DNA of 64,000 bases from Laetmonice hystrix. Lineage: Eukaryota. The position numbers and the translations under genes are program-made. Shown here one piece after another: positions 13,769 through 28,320 of this stretch; the first letter of the stretch is position 1, and every line of letters starts with the position of its first letter. The stretch spans positions 6,138,001-6,202,000 of the forward strand of contig OZ249447.1 in NCBI GenBank assembly GCA_965235115.1. The letters run 5' to 3'. Below the pieces are notes generated by a model. That model did not search any database. It had not been told where the DNA came from and saw only the letters and a list, made by a program, of their open reading frames with translations.

Positions 13769-14078
13769 TTATTTGTCAGTTTAGGGTGGTAAGGAAATCT
13801 GAACGTTGCTATTAATGTCAGAGTGATTGATTGTCATTCCAGATGAAATATTATATGTTAGCTAAGATTGATCGCAGAGAGTATTACATTTTACACATCG
13901 GTTCTACACAGCTTGGAATAGATTTTTAAAATTCCAAACCGTATAATTAAGTGTTTGTGGATTCCCAAATCGGGGCAGGGTTCGGCGTACAGTGGTTGTC
14001 TGTGCCCCCTTAACCCATTTTTTTTGCATTAGTGTACAAGAAGGAATAATTAGGTTATTATATCAAGTAAAGATCGCC

Positions 14079-14171
14079 GATCCTGGCCGCAGCAGTGATG
14101 GAACCAATGGATCCTGGCTGTAGCAGTGATGGAACCAATGGATCCTGGCTGTAGCAGTGATGGAACCAATG
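14079..14171. repeat. Tandem repeat, 31-bp unit x 3
   Basis: Unit gatcctggctgtagcagtgatggaaccaatg. Confidence 0.9.
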
Positions 14172-15520
14172 AGAAAGTAGATCACAAGAGACGGCTGGAA
14201 GGTATGCTGGTAGATGATATACATTCTTGGCTGAAGTCTTCCATCTTATCACGTAATTAGACCTTGGAGCTTAATGCTCCAGTAGACCCAAGCTCCGGTG
14301 GGGCATACTATAAATGGTTTGCTGCAGACAAGCGCTGAGTCCAAATCAATTCATGCAGTTCTTCAGATTGTTAAAATGAAGGCACAGCGGGCCCGGACTG
14401 GACAGGATATGTTATCTGCATATTGGCGGCCTTTGAGCATAAGGTCAATAGAAACAAAAACTGACTGCCAGACCGTGGGATGTTGTCAACAGTTTGGGGG
14501 AAGGTTACAAAGGTGGGGTCTGTGGAAAACACGGCAAAACGACTGGTTCTGAATGTGACAGAATGGTTTCCAATTGTGAGGGTATAGGTGTGTATATAGG
14601 TATCTAGGATTTTCTGGTATTGAAGCACAAAACTGTAGGCAACCAGAGGCACAGATAAATCTTTAAAACCACGCCGACGCCGTCACAAAACATCCTTAAG
14701 AATTCAACTTAATGATTCTGGTCATAGTTGGCCTTTGTGACATTCATTGTGACTGGCAGGTCTAGTTGCAAGACAAGGAGAACGGTGCCAGATTGTTGTG
14801 GCCTCATGCAGTGTTGTCGTGGGAGAGGAATAGTGGCACAGAGCTAATCTACATTCTGCCAGGTGTGCGCGGATCAGTGAGACCAGCCTACGGAACTGGT
14901 TAATGGCGCAAAACGCAACCCGTGTACAATGTCATCTTTGGACGTGTCCAGCCATTGCCAATGTAATAAGCTACAAATGAAGCCCAGACATGAGGAACAT
15001 AGACATAATGGGAAGACATGTATGGGTATTGAGGGTTACACAGGGGACGTGCAACCATGCCCCTATTACTGTTAACCCCTACTTGACCCTGGGCTGGGGT
15101 AGCTGACAAACTGCCCTGTGGTCCGGCACGCTTCACAGGAAGTAAGGGCAGAAATGACAAGACTTAGACTCTGGATACCATATCGCACGCCCCTTGAGGT
15201 CTGACATGTGCGTAAACCATTGATACATATTGAATGAATATCTTTGTTGCATCATTTGGAAACACAAACGCACCATAAGCTGTTGGATATGATACTCGTA
15301 TCAAGCACGAAAAGGAATGTGAAGTTTATCGCCAAACAAAATCTGATCGTGGGCTCAGAAATATTTTGTCATCAGAACAATTAGCCACGAAAGGTTTTAA
15401 TACAAAGGTCAATCAATCGCCGTGTCCATTTTCACGGGATTTCTACCTAGCATCTGTTGTCGTGGTTAACTGAAACCGCTCAGTATTCTGTGGTCCTATC
15501 CCATACTGTCACATACATTG

Positions 15521-16001
15521 TCCCGCGGTATTGGCCGTCGGTGGGTTTAGGGCTCGGAATGGACTGCCATTCTGTGGCCCTGTACACAGGTCTAAGGTTG
15601 GCAGGAGATACCGTACCGTAGTCTGGCCGTCGTCGGGTTTAGGATTCGGACTGGACTGCCATTCTGTGGCCCTGTACACAGGTCTTAGGTTGGCAGGAGA
15701 TACCGTACCGTAGTCCCGCGGTATTGGCCGTCGTCGGGTTTAGGACTCGGAATGGATTACCATTCTGTGGCCCTGTACACAGGTCTTAGGTTGGCAGGAG
15801 ATACCGTACCGTAGTCTGGCCGTCGTCGGGTTTAGGATTCGGACTGGACTGCCATTCTGTGGCCCTGTACACAGGTCTTAGGTTGGCAGGAGATACCGTA
15901 CCGTAGTCCCGCGGTATTGGCCGTCGTCGGGTTTAGGACTCGGAATGGATTGCCATTCTGTGGCCCTGTACACAGGTCTTAGGTTGGCAACAGATACCGT
16001 A
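15521..16001. repeat. Tandem array with alternating ~101/92-bp units (x5; ~193-bp dimer)
   Basis: Units starting tcccgcggtattggccgtc (15521, 15714, 15907) alternate with units starting tctggccgtc (15622, 15815). Confidence 0.92.
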
Positions 16002-16223
16002 CTGTTGGCGTTACGTTGGGCCCGCGTTGACCTAATAGATTCAAGGGATGTATCATTAGAGTGGCCTGCCATACCTACAGCCCACTGCCAAAGGTTCCAT
16101 GTCGACGTGGGTTACCATGATCCACGTGATTCAGGCTGAATAACGTCTTATGTTACCCGCCTCGTTCACCTTTAACATGTTGACAACAATTCTATTACAC
16201 ACTGCTACCGTGCTTGTTGTTGA

Positions 16224-16999
16224 TATAGGAAATGTAATATGGCTTGTATGGAGGAAGGTATGGTACTCTATGAATGGTCCGGGGAGGGGGCAATCGCACA
16301 CTGTTCTCTAAGTGGAATCAAAGGAACGGTTTATATAGGGAATGTAATATGGCTTGTATGGAGGAAGGTATGGTACTCTATGAATGGTCCGGGGAGGGGG
16401 CAATCGCACACAGTTCCATAAGTGGAATCAAAGGAACGGTTTATATAGGGAATGTAATATGGCTTGTATGGAGGAAGGTATGGTACTCTATGAATGGTCC
16501 GGGGGGTGAGGGGGCAATCGCACACAGTTCCATAAGTGGAATCAAAGGAACGGTTTATATAGGAAATCTAATATGGCTTGTATGGAGGAAGGTATCGTAC
16601 TCTATGAATGGTCCGGGGAGGGGCAATCGCATACTGTTCCATAAGTGGAATCAAAGGAACGGTTTATATAGGGAATGTAGTATGGCTTGTATGGAGGAAG
16701 GTGTGGTACTCTATGAATGGTCCGGGGAGGGGGGCAATTGCACACTGTTCCATAAGTGGAATCAAAGAACGGTTTATATAGGGAATGTAATATGGCTTGT
16801 ATGGAGGAAGGTATGGTACTCTATGAATGGTCCGGGGAGGGGCAATCGCACACAGTTCCATAAGTGGAATCAAAGGAACGGTTTATATAGGGAATGTAGT
16901 ATGGCTTGTATGGAGGAAGGTATGGTACTCTATGAATGGTCCGGGGAGGGGGGGGAGCAATCGCACACAGCTCCATAAGTGGAATCAAAGGAACGGTTT
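16224..16999. repeat. Tandem array, ~110-bp unit x ~7
   Basis: Unit atagggaatgtaatatggcttgtatggaggaaggtatggtactctatgaatggtccggggagggggcaatcgcacacagttccataagtggaatcaaaggaacggtttat, with a variable G-run. Confidence 0.95.
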
Positions 17000-17281
17000 T
17001 CCGTTTCCAGGAATCAGCCACTATTAATAGCTTTATGCGCGCAACCAGAACGATTGGAGATATTTATCAGTAGAGTCGGGTCAGATTTAGAATGAAAAAT
17101 GATGTGGAAGTCAAATCTTTCCATGACTGTGACCGAGATAGCGTGTACAAAACATTGACAGTCGGTGACATGTCATGGCAGGCATCCTGAACAGTACTAT
17201 TATGTTCCAGGATCAAGGCACTCAACATTTCAGCTTCCTACACCTTGAATTCAGGCTGGGCTAATAATGCATCTTCTCCCA

Positions 17282-17868
17282 GATTGTGATAGTGGGTCTG
17301 TGAACACTGCGGAAAGTAGTACGCCCTGTAGCTTGGTGATAGTGGGTCTGTGAACACTGCGGAAAGTAGTACGCCCTGTAGATTGGTGATAGTGGGTCTG
17401 TGAACACTGCGGAAAGTAGTACGCCCTGTAGCTTGGTGATAGTGGGTCTGTGAACACTGCGGAAAGTAGTACGCCCTGTAGATTGGTGATAGTGGGTCTG
17501 TGAACACTGCGGAAAGTAGTACGCCCTGTAGATTGGTGGTAGTGGGTCTGTGAACACTGCGGAAAGTAGTACGCCCTGTAGATTGGTGATAGTGGGTTTG
17601 TGAACACTGCGGAAAGTAGTACGCCCTGTAGAATGGTGATAGTGGATCTGTGAACACTGCGGAAAGTAGTACGCCCTGTAGATTGGTGATAGTGGGTCTG
17701 TGAACACTGCGGAAAGTAGTACGCCCTGTAGATTGGTGATAGTGGGTCTGTGAACACTGCGGAAAGTAGTACGCCCTGTAGATTGGTGATAGTGGGTCTG
17801 TGAACACTGCGGAAAGTAGTACGCCCTGTAGATTGGTGATAGTGGGTTTGTGAACACTGCGGAAAGTA
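17282..17868. repeat. Minisatellite, 50-bp unit x ~12
   Basis: Unit gattggtgatagtgggtctgtgaacactgcggaaagtagtacgccctgta. Confidence 0.96.
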
Positions 17869-20198
17869 GCAGAAGACTTAGGTTAATGAGGACGCTGAGA
17901 GGGGCCTTGTGTGGCAGGAACTTGTCCAATGATGTTAGGGTTCAGGGGTCAATAACAGGTGGTAGCGGCGATCCAGTTCTCTGGCACGCCATGTCTCTTT
18001 GATGGGATATAAAAGCAAGAAATCAAAGACACCACTATGGCGCAGTGTCATGCTCCCAATCTATGTTTTTCTTTGTGCGGTGTCGGAAGTTTATTGTGCT
18101 AACAAATCTATGATGGCTAACAACGAAAGCTGTGATGTGTAATTTGTGATTGAATAAGCCATGGTACATAGCCTTGTCCCAGGTGCTCTCCATTATAGAC
18201 ATAAGTATATTATTGCACACATTATGTTAAATCATGGCCGTGTGCTGACCTTCATAACTTTAGATCTGTATGGTTTAGTCAGAAACGTCTCATGAAGATG
18301 TACAACTTGCTGGCTGTCATAAACATCGAGGTCCACACCTCCCTTTCCGTCAGGACCCCTTCGTTAAAAGCTGTCAGAAGTACAGCTCTGCCGGCGACTG
18401 GGTTATCCTTTCAGTTTGATCTAGAATCATTGGAAGGAGGTTTGGTTGAACGTGTAGGAGGAACATGAAATATTAATCTAGGACCTCAGGAAAGTATGAA
18501 ATTGGGTGAACTGTTTGTTTGCTCCCCTTGAAACAGCAAGAAGGGATAAATATAAGGGTAGGTACCGTATTGACGCACTTTTAGGCGCGTGCGAATTTTA
18601 TGCGTTTTTTTAAAGGAAATTTCAAAATAAAAAATCGTCAGATATAGGTTGAGGTAACAGTTGCGGTGTTGATGCCTAATCCGAGATGTTTAGCCACAGT
18701 CCTGTGTGAGCCACCGTAACGATAGGGCCTGGCGATACTCCACCTCCGACACATTGAGTGATGCAGGTTAGAAGACGTTGCTATGGGTGACTGACTCTGT
18801 CATAGCCCTGGTTACGGAAGACCATAAGTCAGTGCACTTCCTGCCGGCCCCAGCCCAGCCAGCCGCCGTGCCCTGGCCGACCACTACCCGCATCCATCAT
18901 CAGCCCATGCAGGTGTGTGTACGGCAACGACCTTGAGGTCACCGAGGTGATCTATTACAAAACTGGAGGGCACGGCGGGCCAACCGACCCACAGCCACCC
19001 CCGGACCAACCCCGCATCACCTCCAAACTGCATTACTCGCAGCCGCTGCAAACTCTCTTGTTGACAGTGTGCCATGGCGGATAGGGGCAAACGTCCACGT
19101 GCTGAGCAATGGGCGTGGCGGCGCTGCCTGCTTGTCATTGGTACCGAATCAATCTTGTGTCTAGGCAGTCTTTTTCTGGTCTTTACTGCGCAGAGTTTGC
19201 CAACAGATGAATCTTCATAATGTACCAGAAGCATATAGACCAGTGGTCCAGCGTGAAGTATAGACAGGTTTTATAGGCAGTTGTTTCCATAGTAACCAGC
19301 AGTGCGGATGTAAGGTGGGAAGGGGAAGACGGTGAATTATGATGTCATTCATTATTACCAGGCAGTTTATTATTATTATGACGGGAACAGTTCACTTTGT
19401 AAAAAGGGTGCAGCACTGGGATGAACGTAGAAATAGTCGATGACGTCCCCATCCCGTCTGAAATGATGACATTGACACAAGATGTTTCAATGTGAATGGC
19501 TCTTTAATTCTGCATCTGATTTGAAGTACAACGGAACGTTTACATGCACTGTACACTTGTATCTCAGTCACTTTGAACCTAGATCCGTCTCGTATATCTG
19601 GGAATACCTTAGCGTCTACAAATGAAGCTGTATCCGTGTCACAAGAAAACTGGAATTAGCTACAACAGTGGATGAGCTCAATATCAAAGCTAGCAGAGGT
19701 CGGTTTCAGTGATAAATTACAAAGAAGGCTCTTTCAAAACGTTGACGTGATGGGCGTGATCTCCAGTGGCAACCGTTCGCCGAGACATTTATACCTGAAG
19801 CAAATAACAGAGTTCACAGTTGGGGCAGTACCAGCGTGAAAAGTGCTATAATTAAACATCTAGATTACGCCTCTTCCCTGCAGGTGGAAAAAGGAAGTTT
19901 CTGACATGATGAGAACTGATACTTAAACCTGAAGCAATCCAAACCTTTACGCCGGTCTCGCACAGATTTCGGCAGTTAAATACGGAGGTACTTGTTCTAC
20001 GTTAAGGAGAAGCTTGCAGTAATGTCATATTTACCTGCCCCCCCCCCCCCCCTCCCCGTTCTTTATACCCGCTGATCATCAGATTAGAATGCGGTTGGCA
20101 CTCTGTGAAAGGAAAGCCGTTTCACTCGGGAGAAGACCTGATAAATGCTGAATAATGGCGGCTAGTGCGTTATCTAGATTAATCTTTTCTTAGGCCTA

Positions 20199-20261
20199 CA
20201 CGTGTGCACAAGGATAAACCACGTGTGCACAAGGATAAACCACGTGTGCACAAGGATAAGC
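20199..20261. repeat. Short tandem repeat, 21-bp unit x 3
   Basis: Unit cacgtgtgcacaaggataaac. Confidence 0.85.
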
Positions 20262-22147
20262 CACGCCGCCAGTGGGTCACACCTGATTGGGTGGAGTGGG
20301 TTTGATGAACACGTGACACGACCCGGCCAATCAAATGCCAGTAATGGGAAACCTGTAGTCGGCGAGACAAGACGTGCTCAACTCAACCCAGGAATGTCTC
20401 ATTAAGAACGGGAGAGACCAATGATTGGGACATTTTGGGGGACACAGGTTATTTAAACAACTCCTGCCAGTCCTGGGAGTCAACGTTTTCAGCCTGGGGA
20501 CATCAGCTAGGGATGGTCATCCATCTCTACAACCAAAGGTTCACACAGTGTAAAGTATGGCTGTAAGTAGTATATGGAAGATAGGTTTTGTGAGCACTTG
20601 AATTCTTTGACGCGATTTTCAGTTGATGCAAGTTTTCTGTATTTAACGCGAATTTCACCATGCCATTGTGTCATTGAAGCATAGAAACATAGCCTAGCTG
20701 TATTACATGGAGCATTAGTTGTTGCTGTGTGAATAGTCATTGTATTTTTGTGTAAAACCTGAATAATACAAGTGCATTTTATGCAGTGATGAAATTAGAT
20801 TGGAAAATATGAGATGGCCTTCCATTCATGGTACGACGTGCTTCTATGGAAGTCAAACACTCTTCTTGTCAGAAACCGAATCTGCCCTTCGAGAATACCC
20901 AATTATAGATGTTAACAAAGCCAGCATGCATCGGATATCTGTTAGGGGCGTAGTGAGGGCGCCTGGGGAGAGAGTATAAAATGGCTACCCACAATGTGAA
21001 AGATGATCTCATTGACAGCGGTGTCCCACTGTGAATGGGAATATACCTCAGGCGGGCTGAGCTTGTTCACAGGGGAGTTCAACACACAGTGTATTTAATA
21101 AAGCTTCCTCAATGAAATGCACTTATTCTTGACAGACCGCCAGGACAGTTATCTCACGGTAAATTAAGCATCGCCAGATCCAAAATCCTGGGCTCTGTTT
21201 TAGCTCATGGTTTAGGAGTGTGTATTTAAATTAAAAGTATATCTTTTACATTCCCCTCTGGATAATTCGATAAAATTTTATTTTAGCAAAATCCAGGGCG
21301 TTTTTTTGCACATTTCTTAATACATGTAATTGTACCGAATGTAGTAATTGTTTTGAGCTCTTTTTCATCAAACAAAGAATAAAAATAAATATTCATTTAC
21401 TTGAGATTGTATTCATGGTCAATTTACACGCTTTCTATGATCTATGATTGGTCCATATTTATGGTCCATTTTTATCTCTCATGACGCCTGTTAATGTTAT
21501 TGGTGTCAAGTCGTTTCTTGTACAGGGTTTGCAACTTTACTTCAAACATAACAACATGCTTGGATCACTTAGTAGATAATGTCGATATAGGATTCCTATT
21601 ACATCTCAAAGTCTGCCAATAAATCCTATTGCTAGTGTCTAATTGAGACCAAACGGTTTCCATGTTAATGTTCAAATTAAAAGATAGAATTCTTGCAAGC
21701 CAGAGACCTCAAGTCAGGTCAAGGATATATTGATGATCCATCTTGTTACCTGATTGTGACGTAAAGACAGTTGGCATGAGAATGATGCAGTAAACATGGA
21801 AAGACTGACCTTGGCAGTGGCCGGTCGAGTTGAGGATAATTGGACAGGGACCAGTACTCGCCGAGGGCATGACCCTTAGCTGTAATGGTCCTCAACAAGT
21901 TCTGTACGCATGACGCTGATAGTGAGAACTGAACAAGTTCTGTAAGCATGACGCTAATAGTGAGAAGATACTGTAGAACAAATAGATTTTGCCGACCTCT
22001 TGTCAATTAATGTATGTTTACACTTAACTAAGATGTCCCTCATCTTTTATTGCTAACTAATATAGCGGCGTTTGTTTGTTCATTCATGATGTGCATTCAT
22101 GTTCGATTTCAAAGACCTAATTTGTGTATATTTCTGATTTTTTGTAG

Positions 22148-22310
22148 GTATGGCGACATGGTACCCGCGACAATCATGGGAAAAATTGTAGGAGGTGTTT
22201 GCTCGCTCAGTGGCGTGTTGGTCATTGCGCTTCCAGTTCCTGTTATTGTGTCAAACTTCAGTCGAATATACCACCAAAATCAGCGTGCGGACAAACGCAA
22301 AGCACAGAAG
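22148..22310 (+). CDS. Shal: Shal/Kv4 potassium channel exon: end of pore signature, S6 and proximal C-terminus (163 nt, phase 2 to phase 0)
   Basis: tttgtag|G TAT GGC GAC ATG ... GCA CAG AAG|gtaagc. Translates (G)[54 protein letters not shown], with the (G)YGD selectivity filter, the PVP hinge and the Kv4-diagnostic [13 protein letters not shown]. Confidence 0.98.
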
Positions 22311-24029
22311 GTAAGCTTGGTTCCTAAACCTTTACAACAGCTTGGTTTGGGTGATTTTTTACGGCAATTAATTAAGCGGGTCTATAAGTGTGCATGACCA
22401 AACGGCTCAAAATGTCCAAATTGATTTGAACGTATCAGCCATTATGGTGTATTCAATTTCTTTGATATAATAATTCTATATCTTTTAGAAAGCAGTAATT
22501 TTTTATAAGTTATTATTAAGTACAGAAGAACAACTTATATGCTTCATTTGAATAAGAATAAGAATGAATGAATGAATGAATGTGTGTGCGTATCTACGTA
22601 TATCAGTAAGTAATATTAAAGTCTCTCTTCAGTCTCCTTCCCATAAATTTCCGTCATGATGATCTAAAAATTTATAGAACAATTATTGTCGATGTGTTTC
22701 AACGTCATGAGTAACTAGTTATAGTCGGAAGATAAACATTAGGAAAAGAAGAAGGAGAAAATAATCTAAAAACCTCGAATTTCTTTGAATACGCTGAATC
22801 TTCCGTCGATGTCCGAAGAGCAGCATTAGAACAGACATTCATAGATCAAGTGTAACATGGTAAACCGTTCTGGGGTGGTATATTTAGCGGGAAATTTACA
22901 ACAAACACTGAACCATAAGTAAGGTGTTACCGTTGACAACATTATGCCTACTCTAACCATCAGTCATCCATAATAGCGATATATCAGTTTGATATTATTG
23001 TCCGTTTTTTACGTTATTCACACTGGGTGAACACTTAGTGTGGGAATGCACGCACACAAAATCAGGAATTCGCCTTCAAGCAACGCCCAAAAAAGGATGG
23101 CCCTCATTTGATTGAGAGGAGCCAGTCATGTAGTAAAGGCGTCTCAAAACCTTGCCACATATTTCTTGACCATTTACCGGAGTATAACTTTACCGAAACG
23201 TATTCCATGAGATTACTGATATGGCGCATTAATGATTGTGCCATTAATAATTTGATATGAAATCAAACTCATATCACAGCGTCTCGGTCGGTCGGGTTTC
23301 CTGCAGATAATGATGGAAGGTATTTTTTTACGATTTGTAGTTATCTTCAATAGCTGACATTTTTCAGTACTTATTACTTACCAGTTATTGTTCAGTGTGT
23401 ACAGGAGTACAGTTTATTACGGGAATCTTAGGTAATGCAAACAGCCTTTTCAGTCGATTTGCATGAACATATTTAGCTTTGGACGAGATCTCAAAGTTGA
23501 ATGTTTTATTGTTTTATTTGACCCGTGCATATCTTTCAGATTTAGAGACATACATTATATTTATCTGAGAATTTATAACACGCCTTTATTGAGAGTGAAG
23601 ATGATAAGAAGGCCTAGATGGCTGATGGTATACCTAATAGACACCGCCTCTTTCCCTTGGAAGATATCTCAGATCGTTGAAAGGGACTGCTGTGGATAAT
23701 ATCATGTTTCCAGAAAACTGGCGTACGTAAAAATGGGTGTAGGGTTGGGAATGAAAGCAAACCAAGAGGATGGCTTATTTCAATGACTCCAGTATAAAGA
23801 TATGGGCAGGTAGGTTAAATAAGGCATTAGAGTACAGCAACCAATAAATGTATACCCAGAGAAATCTAATGGAATTCTACATTCCAGTTGCCTGTGGTCA
23901 CTATTAAGCGATCGTCTTATGGCTGGTTGTGAACAAAAGAGTTGACCTTGCATTGACTTGAACAACCAATGAAATTCATCGGGTCATGACCCACTTTGCG
24001 TATTGCCAAACCTACCGAAGGAATCCCCA

Positions 24030-24200
24030 CCACGTGATCGATGACATAGAGTCAGCCAGAATTACAAACTGGTAGAAAATGGCGATGTAAGGAAGGTTTG
24101 GATTGAGGAGATTTGAGGGGCGATCCAGGTAGTTAAATCAGTTGGCATAATATGGCAACTTTTGACTCGGCAAAGTGTTGGTATGCCTACACAGGTGACT
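24030..24200 (-). mobile_element. Possible decayed AP-endonuclease fragment of a non-LTR retrotransposon
   Basis: Minus-strand frameshifted pieces TTWIAPQISSIQTF and RSRGG resemble the ETWL...RxDR..RGGGV blocks of LINE endonucleases. Weak. Confidence 0.2.
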
Positions 24201-26458
24201 CCTAAGGTGCTGATGCCTCTATCCAAATTAAGGTTCATTTTAGATATTCGTGGGTTACTTTAACCTGGCTTTTGTCATTATAATAGAAGCCTTTCTATAT
24301 ATCGTTTGGTCCGACTTGTAAAAGAGATCTTTTTCACTCTGAGGAAGTTCAGTACATTGACGGGGACAGCCTGTACTAACTCCTCTTCTAGCCTCTCACA
24401 GTGATCGTAACCCGGACCTATTGGTCACTCCCTGTCCACATCACCAAATAGATTACGTGCCACTTTAATGGTGGCCAAGTCCCGGGACGGTCACACAACC
24501 ACGGGGTGTAATGGTGTCTATGCCAGTCCGACCTGACACGACACAAATAGCAAGTCGATGGCAGCAGCTGCCGAGGTAATGGTGGTCTCGGCCTTCTGTG
24601 GCCACCTCCCAGTTTGCTAGACCCTTGGTATTTAAATATAATCGTGTAATGACCCTTTTGACCAGTGTAAAAATGTAGTCGCTGGCATGCAGGATTACCT
24701 GTCATAGTTGCTACTGGTGACCTTCCACTCTCTGCCCCCGGGTGACGCGAAACGGGTGACATCTCTGGGAGGAGGGAGAGGAGGAGGAGGAGGGGGAGGA
24801 GGGGAGGAGGGGGAGGAGGAGGGGTCATTAGGACCATTACTGCCCATGCACAACATCCCCACTTTCCATTATCTAAAGAGGTCCAGTTGCACGGTTCAGG
24901 GTGGTCAGTTCATAGAGGCGACTTTCCGACGCTCTGCATGCTGGGCGTCAGAGATAAGCAGAGCGCGAGCGTCATGATCGAGCCTTGATACGCGGTGGGA
25001 GAAACTGCTCTCATGGAAAGGTCTGGAACCATGGAAGGGTCTGCAACCAGATCGGACCGTTGCGATTGGTCATGTTCATAAATGTTTGACAATCCATTTC
25101 GTAGAAAACGCACTGCATGATATTGTTCATCTCGTTAGGGCAGTCGGTTTCATGGGGGTTTTTTTGTTGAATAAAATAACCAACCTAGATTCTGCATTAC
25201 AGTCAGTGTGTGTGTCAGAAGTGGAGTTTGATACCCTCAGATACATGCCAGTACACGACTCCCATTAGTGGGTAGATTTTATAACGGCATGTCGATGACA
25301 GTCTTGGCTGATTTGTGAGTTGTAATTTCTAAGGAGATCTCGTCGATCAGGTTTGTAAGCTCAGCTTACCAACAGTGTGTGCTCGATGCCTCCTCACGGT
25401 GGGAGCTCAACAATTGAGCAGAACACAATATTTTCGCCATGGGACGGACGCGCTTGGCCGATCGACTCCCAATACCATCGCGGTGCTAATAGCCAGCCTG
25501 TGGTGGTGACGTCAATATCATAGTAGACAGAAGTGTGTTGCAGGGCACTGCAGCTTGCCGGCTGAGGGCTTTGTTGAGGTGGAGGAGGGGAGGGGGCTCT
25601 CCTGACAGGGCCCCCAGATGAGAACGTTCAAGGTCTCTCTCGGCTGGTTTCACTAATGACAACACTGAACCAAATTGAATAATGGCGGCGGTGGCTTGAT
25701 TGTGTTCCCTACGTATTAGCGGGCTCGGCTTCTCGGACGGATCAGGGTACAGATAAGGGCCCACTTGGAGCCAGAGTGGCAAATTTAATAAACTTGTTAC
25801 CCCGGAATCCCAGCGGTGAAGGCGGCTCGCTGGCTGTAGTTGCGTTACCTGCAGATTGGCGGTCTGGTTCGCCCATGGAATCTGTGAATTGGTTGAGTCC
25901 TGATATTGTTCTGACCGAGACCATCTCGGCCTAAGTTAATAGAAGATGCACCTTTGGGGACCGACGGATTTAAAGATTTTCTGACTCGTTGTTTGGTGAA
26001 ATGCCATAACAAATGTACGGTGTTGTTTTGTTATAATCAGGGAAACCCAGTTACATACAAAAGACATAATTCATTATATTCTCCAGTTTTGGACTAGTTG
26101 ATTGGCAGGTAGGTGTAATCATAATAATAGCCATTATAATAGCCAAGTGCGCTTGGGGGAGTACTTTAATCAGGCCAGTGCTTTGGTTTGATTTAGTTAC
26201 AGGTCTGTTTCTTACCGGGGCGCTGGCCGTAAACCTGGAAAACGTTATCCTCGCAAAAGTCGTGGAAATATCTCATGAAAGCCAGAAAAAAGTGGATTCA
26301 GAATTAAAGTGTCTCGCTGTGACAGGCTTCCAAGACATTCTGGCAGAACAGTCCTAAAGAAATACAGGTTAATTAAAATGAAGAGAAATGCTTGTTGGGA
26401 TTTACGTCACCCTTAGTTACAAGAGCTTCTTACCGTAATCCACTTACCGTAATCCACT

Positions 26459-27124
26459 ATACGGGAGGTGTTGGGACCAGGAGAGCATGCCATTGCCACC
26501 TCGGATCTGTGCTGAGGTCTGGCAGACTTTGTCAATCATATATACGGGAGGTGTTGGGACCAGGAGAGCATGCCATTGCCACCTCTGATCTGTGCTGAGG
26601 TCTGGCAAGGCAGACTTTGTCAATCATATATACGGGAGGTGTTGGGACCAGGAGAGCATGCCATTGCCACCTCTGATCTGTGCTGAGGTCTGGCAGACTT
26701 TGTCAATCATGTATACGGGAGGTGTTGGGACCAGGAGAGCATGCCATTGCCACCTCTGATCTGTGCTGAGGTCTGGCAAGGCAGACTTTGTCAATCATAT
26801 ATACGGGAGGTGTTGGGACCAGGAGAGCATGCCATTGCCACCTCTGATCTGTGCTGAGGTCTGGCAAGGCAGACTTTGTCAATCATATATACGGGAGGGA
26901 TTGGGACCAGGAGAGCATGCCATTGCCACCTGGGATCTGTGCTGAGGTCTGGCAAGGCAGACTTTGTCAATCATATATACGGGAGGTGTTGGGACCAGGA
27001 GAGCATGCCATTGCCACCTCTGATCTGTGCTGAGGTCTGGCAGACTTTGTCAATCATGTATACGGGAGGTGTTGGGACCAGGAGAGCATGCCATTGCCAC
27101 CTCTGATCTGTGCTGAGGTCTGGC
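26459..27124. repeat. Tandem array, 88/83-bp units x ~8
   Basis: Unit atacgggaggtgttgggaccaggagagcatgccattgccacctctgatctgtgctgaggtctggc(aaggc)agactttgtcaatcatat. Confidence 0.95.
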
Positions 27125-28260
27125 TAGGCAAACTTGCTCGTCGGCAGACCTTAGATGTGTGTCTAGCCATGTAAGGAGATGTCCTAGATATATTATAAAA
27201 AGTCCAGCCTATCTCAGGGATGGTAGATTACAAACCCCGCCTCTGCCCTATATGGTATACTAAGTTAGATATTAATGCTATGTTATGTTTGTCACACGCT
27301 GACTATTCAGGCTAGTGAACTCTATGAAACGATGGAAAGAAATAGCTCGTAGATGTGTACTGACGGACAGGTGGGTGGCACGTAAAGATTAGGATAGGTC
27401 AGGTAATTTCCTGATCACACGATTATGAAGGTCAAGGAAATAGTCTCATTACAAGAGGACAGTAGAGGACATGCCATCGAGCGGTTTGGAAAGAGTTTCC
27501 TATTTCTAGGTAAGCTACTCTGGTCACAAAACGCGGAGATTTTGAGCAGATGGCGATACGTGGAATTTGTCTCTGAAACAGAACAGAAATAATTTCATGG
27601 TACTTGGATGGTTGAGAGCCTTTTTCTGATTGCTCTTACAACTTTCTTTCCTGCCAAATGAGTTCCATTACTTAGGGGGGGGGGGGTAAATAATTGTTTT
27701 AACCAAAAGAAATCCGAGGTATGTAGGTGTAGGCTACATATAGTCAGGCCTGGGAGTGTAGGGCCGACTGTTCAGTGTAGATGCTCAGAACACATTTTAG
27801 GAATACACTGTGGAACGTATGTTACGGGCCGTCCTGAACTGAGAGCCTTGCGAGTAGTTAGTGACACAGACCGGGCCGTATCCTGGTTAGCATCTACTAA
27901 AACCACAGGCACATAGCTAATTGACCATTCAGCAGGGCATGACTGGCAGCATTAATGTGTGAAGAGAATTTAGAAGCCGGGCCGCCCACACCCAACTGTC
28001 GGCTGTTGGCTGGTGAGTGCCCGCCCGCCGAGCGGGCAGTGGGCGCCACATTCAGACGGGCCCACCAAGGAACTGCTGAATTGCATTCTGTTTTGATTGC
28101 ACTGGGCGGAGGGATTGTGTGTTTGCCCAGTATGATGGCTTCCTGGCGGTCAAGACACAGTTACTGGCTGTATAGATTCCATGATACAGTTACACTGATA
28201 CTGGCCTCAACTGAGGCACTTGAACGCGAGGAGAGACTTATATATTAACATCTATCACGA

Positions 28261-28320
28261 ATTATAAATATACTTTTGGGATTATAAATATACTTTTGGG
28301 ATTATAAATATACTTTGGGG
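28261..28320. repeat. Short tandem repeat, 20-bp unit x 3
   Basis: Unit attataaatatacttttggg. Confidence 0.85.

Noticed and set aside
18884-19234. 116-aa minus ORF with RRHAHCSARG, vaguely like a transposase Cys-rich tail
   Set aside because: Cys/His spacing is incomplete and there are no other transposase motifs nearby.
20905-21135. Solo-LTR-like segment (TATAAAA, AATAAA, ends …TGACA)
   Set aside because: No matching target-site duplication or second LTR could be found.
22050-22397. ORF-track 115-aa protein as a stand-alone gene
   Set aside because: Only 22148-22310 is exonic. The flanks are intron read-through across canonical splice sites.
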